NCBI RefSeq assembly: GCF_001194135.2
Contig: NC_068983.1
Coordinates: forward strand, 35,602,920-35,640,705
Direction of reading: 5' to 3'
DNA: 37,786 nt
Source: Octopus bimaculoides
Lineage: Eukaryota
Each line of letters begins with the position of its first letter. Position 1 is the stretch's first letter. A program made the position numbers and the translations under genes. Positions 1 through 11,626 of the stretch are shown here, in pieces. The notes beneath the pieces were generated by a model. The model was not told the origin of the DNA. It worked only from the letters and a program-made list of their open reading frames with translations, and made no database searches.

Positions 1-24
1 TATGTAGTCTTCTCGATCCGAAAC

Positions 25-330
25 TCCTCTCCCCAACCTTTCGGAAAATTTTTCTCCCACAAATTTATTTATAACTGTAATCTTTGTCGTTTGAAAAGTG
101 TTTGTATAAACTTTCATGAAAAGATACCCATTTATGAGGGGAAAAATCGGATCGAGTGAATTTTCCCAAAAATCCTCTCCCCACCACTTCGGAAAACATT
201 TCCCCCACAAATTTCCTTATATTCGTAATTTATGTGGTTTGAAAGGCATTTCTATAAAATTTCATCAATATATATATCGATTTTCCTACAAGTTATCGGA
301 TCCTGTGAATTTTCCGAAAGTCCTCTCCTC
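25..330 (+). repeat. Diverged tandem repeat, period 148 bp (2 units plus start of a third), Helentron/DINE-like internal repeat
   Basis: TCCTCTCC at 25, 173 and 321; shared TTCGGAAAA, CCCACAAATTT, GTTTGAAA, TTTCAT and ATCGGATC..GTGAATTTTCC motifs. Confidence 0.75.
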
Positions 331-1099
331 GCCCACCTTGTTCGTTTGCGCAAATTTTTGTTTTCATTCATCTTCTACATATTTTTTTACACCTATTAGA
401 CTGAGTTTTTGTTTTGTTTTGTTTTGGTGACCGAAAGTTAGAGTAAACATTAACCGGGTTTGACCTTTCCTAAATGTATTAAAAACATTATAACATAATC
501 TGATTACTTTCAGAAAACTATCGCCGTTTTCTTTGAGCATATAAAAGACAAATTTGGATGGGGCAAAATGAGTAACACAAGTTAAGGTAAATTTGCTGCT
601 TTGGTTCTCCAGAATTACATTTGAAAACAGATTCATACACATCAATGTCCATCCCTAGATATTGGAAAGGTAAGAGATGGAAAAAAATTTAATATCTTGG
701 TCAAATGAAAGAGGGTCAGGGAAAAATGGCACATAATATGAAATTAACAAAACTCAACTAAACAAAAAAAATAAAAACTCAGCATCAAATATTCCCTATA
801 GCTTCTTCCCGATCTGCTGGAGTGTCCTCTGCATTTACACACCATGCAGTTAAGGAAAAGAAATTATTGAAATTAGTGACTACTCGTTTTACCCCATTTT
901 AGACATCATTTCTTGAAACTTGAAAATTATCAAATTAGTCATTAATGTGGGAAAAATTGACTTGAAATCCAACAGAGAAAAGTAATAGTGACTGTTAAAA
1001 ACCAAAAATTATCCAGAATTTTGTTTGTTCCTTCTCAAGCCATGCCTGGCTCATAAGTGCCAGTTTCCCCAGTTTCAATGGCATATAGGTTCCCCACCT

Positions 1100-1430
1100 G
1101 GATGGGACACCAGTCCATCACAGATGAACTGTTAGATGCAGGAGGAAAGAGTGAGAGAAAGTTGTGGCAAAAGAGTCAGCAGAAGGTAATGTATCACAAC
1201 ACTATGACAGAACTATTTCACCTCAATTGGCCCTGCTCTCTTCAACATTGTGCCAGACACAAATAAAGGAGGAAAGTGACATCATGGCATTCAAACAATC
1301 AAGTGACATCATGGCATTCAAACGATCCCTAGATGATTACTCCCAACAAATACTAGATAAACCACCCACACCCAGATATGTCTCCGAAAGCAATAACCCT
1401 CTGCTTGAATGGGCTATGGTTCCCCAGAGC
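1100..1430 (+). mobile_element. Degenerate 3' end of a CR1/L2-group LINE ORF2
   Basis: Frameshifted translation LFHLNWP..F...KEESDIMAFKRSLDDY.QQILDKPPTP.Y...NNPLLEW resembles the ORF2 C-terminus pattern GPxLFNxLP...FKxxLDxFLxxIPDxP. Contains an in-frame 27-bp tandem duplication (units at 1274 and 1301). Confidence 0.6.
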
Positions 1431-1452
1431 TGACTATGTTTCTCTTCCATGT

Positions 1453-1514
1453 GGTGCTATTAAATTAGACATGGCCTGAGTCAACTTCAGCCAAAACTTA
1501 TCGAAATAATCTAA
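1453..1514 (+). repeat. Dispersed ~62-bp repeat, second copy at 28001-28062
   Basis: GGTGCTATTAAATTAGACATGGCCTGAG...AACTTATC..A.TAATCTAA present at both sites in the same orientation. Confidence 0.85.
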
Positions 1515-1974
1515 TCTATGCTGTAACCTTCTAATCAAAGGATAACAACATAGGTAGAGGCTGATATCTTAACATTTCTGATGGTTTTAAGTATAAAAAA
1601 AATTATTAAAGATTTATATAGAACTACATTCAGAGTATGTCTATAAGCTAGTCTTTAGACCTGGTTTTTATCCTCAAACTGTTCTGTTTTGTAGATGCAA
1701 TTTTTTTTTTAATAATGCACTTCGAAATTAGAAAAATCAAAAATCTGCAACTCTCTTGGTCCCATGAGTATTGGATAATGGATTTTCAATTGTGTAAAGA
1801 AACTGATTGTGTTGATCATAGTTTTGATGGTAATTGTAGTTTTGATGGTGACTGTGGTGAAAGCAGAGACAGTATTGATGATGACGATGGTCAAGATAAG
1901 TATGGGATTTGCCGGCAGTGTTTTGGGAAATTGGGCGATTTTCAGCATGCGTGTATATGGATGGAAATGAGCTG

Positions 1975-2013
1975 CTTGGCGGAGGTCTGCACTCTCTGAG
2001 TGCTTCTCTAGTT
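1975..2013 (+). mobile_element. Helitron/Helentron-type 3' terminus
   Basis: CTTGGCGGAGG sub-terminal motif (1975-1985), perfect hairpin GCACTC-TCT-GAGTGC (1989-2003), then CTAG (2008-2011) and TTT. Confidence 0.65.
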
Positions 2014-2399
2014 TAAATATTGCTACTATTATTTAAACATGGCAACTTATTATTTAAATATTGCTACTTATCTCACTTTTAAAGGTATTACACCAAACAA
2101 AAACTGACTTTAATTTTTCAGAAAATATACAGAGACACCTGCTGTATGAAAAATCAATAGTGAAGTGGCCACTAAATACTAGAGGGAAGTACATTAGCAG
2201 CCAAGTGAACCAAGAAATATGTTAGCAAGTTTTTTTTATTGTATTATTCTGCCTCAAGTAACCCAGTTTTTTTACAAGTTAAGCATGCTTTGTGTCCCAA
2301 ATAAAATTCAATGGTTTTTAGTTACATTCTAACATTTATAATACTGAACATATAAGTTGCCTCATTTAACAAATGATATGAATGTTCTTGTGGCTCTGC

Positions 2400-2610
2400 T
2401 TAACCCTTTTGTTACCAACCTGGCTCAAACCAGCTCTGGCTCTGAGTACAAATGTCTTGTTTTCATAAGTTTTGAACTAAAATCTTTCACAGTTTATGTT
2501 CCTAATACTAGCTTAATGATAACTAAGTTATTTTACTAAATTCCTTGTTATATTTAATGTAATTGAAAGAAACACAGAGTATCTCAAAATAAATTCAGTA
2601 ATGGGTCTCA
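2400..2610 (+). mobile_element. piggyBac-type MITE remnant; related copy at about 29180-29410
   Basis: TTAA followed by CCCTTTTGTTACC; shared internal motif TTATTTTACTAAATTC; the second copy ends in GGTAACAA. Right end of this copy is degenerate. Confidence 0.45.
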
Positions 2611-2880
2611 ATATATTTATATGATATTAAGATAGCATGCTGTCCCATAATAAAACCAACTCCAACATTACTTAAATAACATTTATTTTAACAGAAGTAT
2701 GTCACAATATCTTACTATAATGGGCCTTAAGTCCGTCTATCTGTCTGTCTGTTCCCTCTTCATGGTCAAACAGCTGGACTAATGATCATGATGTTTTCCA
2801 GGATTACAAAGGAAGTAATCAGGAAGGTTTTTGGCAAAAAAATGTGAAAAAGTATGATTACTTAGTGGATATTGATTGAG

Positions 2881-2920
2881 TTTTGTATTAATAAATCACC
2901 TTTTGTATTAATAAATCACC
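2881..2920 (+). repeat. Perfect 20-bp tandem duplication
   Basis: TTTTGTATTAATAAATCACC twice. Confidence 0.95.
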
Positions 2921-4396
2921 TTTCTAGTCAAACCGTCTGACCCAGGCCACCATGAAAGCAGATGTTAAATGATGATGATGATGCAAATTTGTCTCAAACT
3001 AAATTAAATACAAGCCTGGAACAGGTTTCTTCAGTTGCTCAGTTGCATCATCACCAAAGAGTTCTTCAATGCATTTCTTACTGTGACAGACCTATTTTGT
3101 CTGATTTTATTTTGATATTTTTTATCACCAAGACATCTTACAAATATTTGGAGCAGTGGTGGCTCGTAGATAAAATTAGTGGGGGTGTTGCCTCTGAAAA
3201 TTTTTAGCCATTGTTTTAATATTGTGTAAAAGGAAACAAACATATAAAAAGAAAACTTATATATAAACTTGATCGGTTTGTGATTTAGCCACTCCTGGGT
3301 AGTGTGTTTAATTTGTTCACTGAACACTGTCATGAATTCCCCCTTGTTTTTCCAAAATCCCCCCCATAATCACAAAATTAAGTGGGGTGGAGGAAATGTA
3401 CCCTATTTTTCAAATCCTGGCAGAAACACTGAAGCTGAAAGCAAGATAATAATATAATTCTACACTTTATCACATTAAAGAATATAAACATGTTTTTAAG
3501 CACAACACACATGGAGTCAAAAAGAAACACAACCTTTCACCCAGCAATATTGTTCATGCAGTACTCTCTCTCCCTTGTATGATGCTTCCTACCTTGGACA
3601 TGTGAGCATGCGCACAACAGCCAAACACCACGTCACTGGAACTGTGAAGTGCACAGTTCTATATAAGGATTTTTGTATTTTTTTCATAAAACTAGAGGAT
3701 GGCTACTGACATTACGCTTAAGGATTATATAATGTACAAGTATAAAGAAAATTAAAGGAAAAAGGACTCATTATTTTGAATGTTATCGATAATATAAAGT
3801 GGAAATAGGGGGTACTGCACTTCCACAGTTCCTATATATGAAAGGCCACTGTTATGGAGACAAAGCCAAGCAATTTCTTTTCCATTTTAGAGAGGCTTCA
3901 AGGTTGGAGGATGACTTGAAAGCAATTTCATGTGTCTCTTCTCTCCAACAAATATTTGCCTGCTTTTAATTTCTTTCTTTTTCTTAACTAAATATTATTT
4001 AACTATATTTTCCTTAAATATTTTCTTAACTAAACATTCCTTTTGTAACTCAAAGTGAAGTATTAGCTTTGGTTTCCTTTCAAGTTTAATCTAATGCTGT
4101 TTCGTAATGTCTATTAAAGTCATGAGAAATTATTTTCACAAAGAATTCAAAAACGTTTTCCTGAAGGACCTGCTACAAACAAGAATTAATTTTCCCACTG
4201 GTCATTGAATTTCTACTTTCATACTTTCCTGCTCATTGAAGTCATTCTTTCTACTTTCCTTTGGCTCATTTTCTTTTGCAATGTGATAGGCTTGATTTTC
4301 AATGTACAAATATGTCTGTTCTCAAAGGACAAAGCAAAAATTTGCAATATAAGAGTGTCAACTGTAAACTAACAGAAAAAAAATGAGAGGGAGGGA

Positions 4397-4400
<4 letters not shown>

Positions 4401-4470
<70 letters not shown>
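4401..4470 (+). repeat. (GA)n microsatellite
   Basis: 35 uninterrupted GA units. Confidence 0.98.
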
Positions 4471-4473
<3 letters not shown>

Positions 4474-4940
4474 ACAGACAGACTCAGAAAGCAAGACAGT
4501 CAGACAGAGAAGACAAGATAGACAGGCTCTGGTGGCCATTTCAGAGAAAAAAAAATTATCAAATGTGTAGAAAACAATAATAGATTAGTGTGCAATGCAA
4601 CATTTCTAGTCATTCAAATGCACCATGGATTAGCTATCTTATTAGCTGGCTTATGTTAACATTAACTGGTGATTGTTCAGTTTATGTACATAAAATAGCA
4701 AAATTAAACTTTCATTTTTGCTTAGCACAAAAGCTGTCACCCTTATTCGTTCATTCCACTGTTCGTTCTTTCATTCCCCCTCGTTCACATTTCCTTGCTT
4801 TCTCTTCTCCCTCCACTTTTCACTTCACTGTGTCCCTGTCATTTTTTTCTCGCCCCTCCTTAATTGTTTTGTCCCTCTGCCCCTACCTTTCCTCTTCCCA
4901 CATGACCGGTGTGCAGTCAAGCCTGACCTTTCTTTCTTCG

Positions 4941-5894
4941 GCAGCTATAAAACAAATGAAATCCAAACTAAAACTAGAACAGCAACGGACCATGATAAAA
5001 CAATGGCAAGAAAAGCCCCTTCATGGCAAATACTGGGCTAAACTAAATGCAAAAGAAATAGACAGAAAAAAATCCCAGCAATGGTTGAGAAGCTCAGGAC
5101 TCAAAGCAGAGACTGATGGATTTTTAATTGCAGCACAAGACCAAAGCCTTCCCTCCAGAAATTACCAAAAACATATAATGAAAAGAAACATAACAAGTAA
5201 CTGCAGAATATGTGGCGATGGACAAGAAATAATAAATCATATTNNNNNNNNNNNNNNNNNNNNNNNNNNNNNNNNNNNNNNNNNNNNNNNNNNNNNNNNN
5301 NNNNNNNNNNNNNNNNNNNNNNNNNNNNNNNNNNNNNNNNNNNNNNNNNNNNNNNNNNNNNNNNNNNNNNNNNNNNNNNNNNNNNNNNNNNNNNNNNNNN
5401 NNNNNNNNNNNNNNNNNNNNNNNNNNNNNNNNNNNNNNNNNNNNNNNNNNNNNNNNNNNNNNNNNNNNNNNNNNNNNNNNNNNNNNNNNNNNNNNNNNNN
5501 NNNNNNNNNNNNNNNNNNNNNNNNNNNNNNNNNNNNNNNNNNNNNNNNNNNNNNNNNNNNNNNNNNNNNNNNNNNNNNNNNNNNNNNNNNNNNNNNNNNN
5601 NNNNNNNNNNNNNNNNNNNNNNNNNNNNNNNNNNNNNNNNNNNNNNNNNNNNNNNNNNNNNNNNNNNNNNNNNNNNNNNNNNNNNNNNNNNNNNNNNNNN
5701 NNNNNNNNNNNNNNNNNNNNTTACAAATATATATAACATACAGAAAATTGCACTACTGGGCACTGCACACATCCTACGCAAAACACTTTCAATACAGTAA
5801 CCATAAGAGCATCACAACAAACCACAGCACATACCCAAGGCACACAGAGCTGCGCTCAGTAGTGAAGTGAAAGCACGCTATAAAAATAAAACTA

Positions 5895-5897
<3 letters not shown>
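4941..5897 (+). mobile_element. R4/Dong-clade non-LTR retrotransposon, 5'-truncated 3' end (gap inside)
   Basis: KPLHGKY...ETDGFLIAAQDQSLPSRNY...CRICG..QEIINHI zinc knuckle; C-terminal IQKIALLGTAHILRKTL* (stop at 5800); 3' UTR ends AATAAAACTACTG then (AAT)n. Confidence 0.9.

Positions 5898-5939
<42 letters not shown>
5898..5939 (+). repeat. (AAT)14 tail or target of the Dong element
   Basis: Directly abuts the element 3' end; Dong elements are known to associate with TAA repeats. Confidence 0.9.
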
Positions 5940-5941
<2 letters not shown>

Positions 5942-7082
5942 AATTATTGTGTATAGTGCTCAGGTGCACTACAACTCATCAAAGGTGCATGTACAGTACA
6001 TAGAATTATGTACAAAAGTCAGGAAAGTGAACAGTGTATGAGTCATGATATACATGTGTGCATGTGTATGGCGTGGGGGGGATATCAGGTGTAGTGTTGG
6101 TGAATTTCAAGAAGCATGGCAGTTTTATTAGTACATCTCACCTATGATATTTTACTGAAGTGATTACTATGTGTAAAGATTGCTGTCAATCACACTTTGA
6201 AAAGGTGATTTCACTGAATCCAAGATAATCAATTTTGTTGATTTAAAAATTTGTTTTAAATCTGGCTAGAGTTGACAACATACTTATCAAGTTGAATTAT
6301 TTTCAACTTGTGTGGATTGGGCAGAACAAACTTTTAAAATTTCTTTCCTGTGGACATAAGAGAATGCTGCTTAGCTTGAATCAGGAAGTTCTTAACTTTT
6401 CAGCCAATAATTATCAGCAGTGAAGTGTCAAGTTTTAACTTATGTTGTGCATATTTAGTAGTTATGAAATGCAGAATACAATGCAGAACACAATGCAGCA
6501 TTATGCACACCAGTAAATGAGGTCAAAAAGTTATGAAGCAAACATACTATCCAGTAGTTTTCAAAATACTATTTGAAAATACTATTTGATTAAGTTGCAT
6601 TATTACAAAAAAATTTGAGATTAATGATTGACCTGATTTATTTTTCAAGTTTGTCTTTATTATATTTTCCCAGATGGATGGTTTTTTGTTGGATCAGTTA
6701 CTAAGTACACGACTTAAGTGTTAACCACTCAGCTACAGAGTAAAGAGTAAAGCCTATCTATGTTAAGCAAATTGGGGGTAAGTTATTTGATCAAGGTTAC
6801 ATGGTTACTTGACTTGCTAGAAATAGCTGTGAAACCTTCTTTGCCTTAAATAGCAAAATAGATGCATATATCCAGAATATATTATTATTTAGTTGTGCAT
6901 ACATTATAGAATAGTCCTGCATACACTATACTTTAAACAAAGATGGAATGATCACTCTCTAGACATCTTTAATAATAGTTTTACTCAGTACTGAGCTGGG
7001 TTAAACAATAACAACATTGATTGTCAGTAATAGAGTTTGTCCTAGTACATTGATTGTCAATAATAGGGTTTGAACTCACGAC

Positions 7083-7085
<3 letters not shown>

Positions 7086-7121
<36 letters not shown>

Positions 7122-7140
7122 ATGTTTGTATGTATGTATG
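7086..7140 (+). repeat. (GT)n plus (TATG)n microsatellite
   Basis: Direct reading; abuts the 3' end of the minus-strand R4 element. Confidence 0.95.
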
Positions 7141-7141
7141 T

Positions 7142-7955
7142 CATTATTCAGTTTATTTCAAGATTTTTTTTTTGCCCATAGTGAAACAATTGGTTTCTAA
7201 CCTAGATCCAAGGCTCCTTCATTGGAATGTATGTATGTATGCGCCGATTTGTATGTTTTATGTATGTATTCTCATGCATATAGTTGCATATCTAAACATG
7301 CTCATATATATTTAAATAATAAACTTCTGGAAAGTTTTACAGATTTTTCTGTTCCAGTGATGGATTGGATCTGTAGTTTTTGAATTAGCTTTCTTCTTTC
7401 TGGTTTTGAGAAGCCTAATTTCTCAAGATTGGTATTTAGGCAGTGTGTTACATATCCCAGGGCCCCAATAATTCAATAATTACAGGTATAAACCTGTACT
7501 TGTTATCTGGATAGAGTAACTGTAGATTTCTCAAAAGTTCAGCATAGGTGTTCTCTTTTTCACTAATCTTCAGCTTTATGTTAACATCCACGGGGCAGCT
7601 AATTTCCACAACTGTTCACAGTTTCTCTTCTCTATCCCAGATCATTATATCAAGTTTGTTGTGCTTACATTTTATTGAGGTCTTCACTGGTACATTCCAC
7701 CAGTTTTCCTTTTTATTATGAGTGGCTATGGCTTCTACTATATTGTGGGTTCTTATTTCTTTGTGCTCGGGATTATCCTTCTGATGGATTTCATTATAGA
7801 GTGTCCTAGCTACAGCATCATGTCTCATTGGTAGATTATAGAGTGATGACATTTTCGAACAACTACTTATGATGTGGGTGATGTCTTCAGTGTGAACTCC
7901 ACAAAGTCTGCATCGGTTGTCACATTTTACGGCTTTTCCTGCATTTCTATCCCTT
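7142..7955 (-). mobile_element. Second R4/Dong-clade LINE 3' fragment with restriction-like endonuclease (pseudogenised)
   Basis: CRLCG..EDITHIISSC knuckle, RHD, KLDIMIWD (PD motif mutated), EISCP; premature TGA at 7616-7618; frame resumes to KTFQKFII* (7312-7314). Confidence 0.88.
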
Positions 7956-7967
7956 TTGTGCATCAGC

Positions 7968-8050
7968 AGAATTTGAACTCAGAACGTAAAGACAGACAAA
8001 ATACCACTAAGCATTTTGCCTGGCGTGATAATGTTTCTACCAGCTCACCA
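7968..8050 (-). mobile_element. tRNA-derived SINE 5' fragment (family C)
   Basis: GAATTTGAACTCAGAAC...CCAGCTCACC, same head as 9307-9539. Confidence 0.75.
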
Positions 8051-8302
8051 CTTTCATGCAATGAAATATTAAAACAATGGTGTTGATTATGCTTTTTTTT
8101 TAAAATTAGGTTTATGGCTTTAGATAAGATAATTATGATACATCAAATTTTAGGCAGAAGTTAACTGTCTTATCAATAGCATTATTTTATCTTAATCAAA
8201 ACCTTGAATAATTTGGCTTTGTGAAAAGTTAAACACTTCCTACTTAATTACATTGTTGAATCAGAGAATAGGAAGAGTGGGTTTTTTTTATGAAGTACTG
8301 TA

Positions 8303-8341
<39 letters not shown>

Positions 8342-8397
8342 GCTTGTGTACTTGTGCTAAAAACAATGTGAGAAAATATACAATGCATAAAGATATA

Positions 8398-10670
8398 TCA
8401 TCATCATCATCATTATTTTACATCCACTTTCCATGCTGGCATGGGTTAAATGATTTGACTGGAACTGGTAAGTCAGAAGGCTGCACCAAGTTCCAGTCTG
8501 ATTCATCATGTGCCACCAGCACAAGTGTTATTTACGTGACACCAGCAATGTCTATGACTATGGTTTCACTTGGCTTGATAAGTCTTCTCAAGCATAACAT
8601 ATCACCAAAGGTCTCAGTCATTAGTCATTACTTCCATAAGGCCCAGTATTCAAAGAGCATGCTTCACCACCTTGTTCCATGTCTTCCTGGCTCTACCGCT
8701 TCCACAGGTTCCTTCCACAGTTACAGACTGACAATTCTTTACACAGCCGTTCTCATCCATACACATCGCATGATGATACCAGTGCATTTGTCTCCCTTGC
8801 ACACCACGTCTGATGCCTCTTATGCCCAGTTTTTCTCTCAAGACACTTACATTCTGTCACTCATGCACACTGACATTGCACATCCAGTGAAGCATACTAG
8901 CTTCATTTCTTTCAAGCCTTTGTATGTCCTCAGAAGTCATAGCCCATGTTTCACTGCCATGGAGCATGGCTGTTTGTACATAGCCAACATACAGGAAGAG
9001 GCCCTTTCTTACCAACAGAGGTAAAAGCTCTCTAAACTTAGCTCAGCCTCTTCTTATTCTAGCAGCCACACTCTTGGAACATCTACCTCCACTACTGACT
9101 TAGTCACTTATATAATGGAAACTATCAACTACTTCTAGCTTTCCCTGCTGGCATTTGATGGAGTCTATTTTCTGTACATTTCTAGTGTTTATTGTACCTG
9201 TACATCTGCTACACACAAAGACTATTTTCACTGTTAACTTTCCTCTGATATTGCTGCAACTCTTATGTGTCCATAGCTTGCACTGGGTACATCCTATGGA
9301 GTTTCTTATTTCTTTATTGCCCACAGGGGGCTAAACATAGAGGGGACAAACAAGGACAGACAAAGAGATTAAGTCGATTACATCGACCCCAGTGCGTAAC
9401 TGGTACTTAATTTATCAACCCCGAAAGGATGAAAGGCAAAGTCGACCTCGGCTGAATTTGAACTCAGAACATAATGGCAGACGAAATACTGCTAAGCATT
9501 TCGCCCGGCGTGCTAACGTTTCTGCCAGTTCACCGCCTTATCCTATGGAGTTTCTACTGATGCTTTTTCTACACATCAAGCAGGGCCGTCTACCTGAAGG
9601 GATTTGTGATTTGTCTGCCTTCCTACTTACTGAGACTTTGGTTTTTGCTAGATTAACTCTAAGACCCTTTGATTCTAGACCTTGCTTCCACACCTGGAAT
9701 TTCTTCTCTAGTTCTGGTAGTGAACCAGCTATAAGAACAAGGTCATCAGCATAAAGAAGCTCCCAGGGGCAGGCTGACTTAAATTCCTCAGTTACTGCCT
9801 GGAAGACTATGATGAACAAGAGGGGCTGAGGAATGATCCTTGGTGAACCCCTACTTGTACCCTGAATTCATCGGTATACTTGTTGCCGACCCTCACCTTA
9901 CTGACAGAATCCCTGTACATGTCTTGTACAGCTCTCACCAACCACTCATCTATCCCTACCTTCTGCATTGACCATCAGATAAGGGAGCAAAGTACTCTGT
10001 CAAAGGCTTCTCCATGTTGACAAAAGCCTACAGAGGTTTATTTTTGGCTAAGTACTTCTCTTGCAGCTGCCTTAACAGGGATATAGCATCAGTGGTGCTT
10101 CTCCCCGGCACAAAACCAAACTACACCTCATCTAGACTAACTCTCTTCCTAATTAGTTGAGCTATGGTCCTCTCTCATCATCTGGCCCAACTGTTTGATA
10201 CCTCTGTAATCATTTCTGTCTACGACATTAACTTTACCTTTGTAGCAGTTGACTATGGTGCTGCTACACCAGTCATTGGGTAGACTCCCTTGTGGACAAT
10301 CTGATTAACTATACAGGTGACTAGACCATAACTCACACCACCAGATATTTTATGCATCTCAGCAGCTATTCCTAATAAGCCAGGGGCTTTCCCTGTCTTC
10401 ATATCCTTCTTGGCTTTATCTACCAAGTTACTGACTATTCGGATTGTTGGTCCCTTTGTTAGATTCATATTAGGAAGGCTCTCCTTCTCCCATGAGTTCT
10501 CTACATTTAGTAGCCTTTCATAGTGGCATTTCCAAGCTTCTTTCTTTGTAGAGTCACTGCAAGTGAACAATTCATTCATGCAAACACACTTCTCGCCCAC
10601 AACATCAAAATTTTCCCTGGCACAGTCTTATAAATTGAAACACTTCAAGCCACTGGTCCTCACCCGGCAG

Positions 10671-10675
<5 letters not shown>
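8398..10675 (-). mobile_element. RTE-clade LINE, 5'-truncated, degenerate RT plus 3' UTR with (GAT)n tail
   Basis: GVHQGSFLSP, LLYADDLVL, KTKV, PHD-like insert, EVVDSFHY, C-terminal G.GR.RKTW; 3' UTR ...CCATGCCAGCATGGAAAGTGGATGTTAAATAATGATGATG. Confidence 0.92.
9307..9539 (-). mobile_element. Full-length tRNA-derived SINE (family C) nested in the RTE RT region
   Basis: Exact 16-bp TSD ATCCTATGGAGTTTCT at 9291-9306 and 9540-9555; A-box-like TGGCAGAAACGTTAG; B box GTTCAAATTC (9454-9463); A-rich tail. Confidence 0.93.
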
Positions 10676-10701
<26 letters not shown>

Positions 10702-11149
10702 NNNNNNNNNNNNNNNNNNNNNNNNNNNNNNNNNNNNNNNNNNNNNNNNNNNNNNNNNNNNNNNNNNNNNNNNNNNNNNNNNNNNNNNNNNNNNNNNNNN
10801 NNNNNNNNNNNNNNNNNNNNNNNNNNNNNNNNNNNNNNNNNNNCGAAATGTACAGTATTATACATCCATTACAGCCTATATTACCAATTGGTTTCACACA
10901 AGGAGATCAACAGGGTGTTGAATAACATCTCAATTATTTAACCCTGAGTTCTTCAGAGATGGCAGTTATGGAAGAAAATATAGCGACTGTTTTCTATTGT
11001 TGGAGTTTAAAAGACACATCTGGTTAAGTCGTTGCTGGGAAAAGACGACAAAATGAACAGAGCAAGGGTTGAGTTAAGAGTTATGTCCCTTGGCACACAC
11101 GCGAAAAAAAAAAAAAAAAAAAAAATTTCGGGGTTGTTGGAAGACGACA

Positions 11150-11295
11150 TGAGCTTGCATCCAAACCACAAAGTTCCGGATTTAATCCTACTGCATGGCA
11201 CCTTAGACAAGTGTCTTATACTGTAGCCAAGGGCCATCCAAAGCCTTGTGAGTGGGTTCGGTAGACAGAAACTGAAAAAAGCCCATCATGTACAA
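11150..11295 (+). mobile_element. SINE family A, 5' half
   Basis: GGCACCTTAGACAAGTG...AAAGCCTTGTGAGTGG...GAAACTGAAAAAAGCCC, homologous to 11768-12208. Confidence 0.75.
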
Positions 11296-11304
11296 TATAT
11301 TAGG

Positions 11305-11626
11305 AGCACTCCGTCGGTTACGACGAGGGTCTCAGCTGATACGATCAACGGAACAGCTTGCTTGTGAAATTAGCGTGCAAGTGGCTGAGCACTCCACAGA
11401 CACGTGTACCCTTAAAGTAGTTCTCACGGAGAGATTCAGTGTGACAATGAGTATGACAAGGCTGGCCCTTTGAAATACTGGTACTACACATTTTTGCCAG
11501 CTGAATGGACTGGAGCAACATGAAATAAAGTGTCTAACTCAAGGACACAATGCGTCGCCGTGAATTGAACTAACGACCTTTCGATCCTGAGCTGAATGCC
11601 CTAACCACTAAGCCACGTGCCTTCAC
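11305..11626 (-). mobile_element. SINE family B (tRNA head, CORE-like segment, TCAAAGGGCCAGCC tail)
   Basis: Head GGCTTAGTGGTTAGGGCATTC...GTTCAATTC; GTGTCCTTGAG; 3' end CGTAACCGACGGAGTGC. Confidence 0.85.

Noticed and set aside
4383-4580. (ER)n ORFs here and at 18732-18962
   Set aside because: Translation of (GA)n microsatellites.
4590-5870. 426-aa longest ORF and other X-containing ORFs (5101, 5210, 10563-10925, 16280)
   Set aside because: Length comes from reading through N gaps; the real coding parts are Dong LINE remnants or microsatellite.
6284-6347. Minus-strand acceptor plus short ORF KEILKVCSAQSTQVENNST**
   Set aside because: No homology recognised and no upstream partner exon between 6350 and 18000; indistinguishable from chance.
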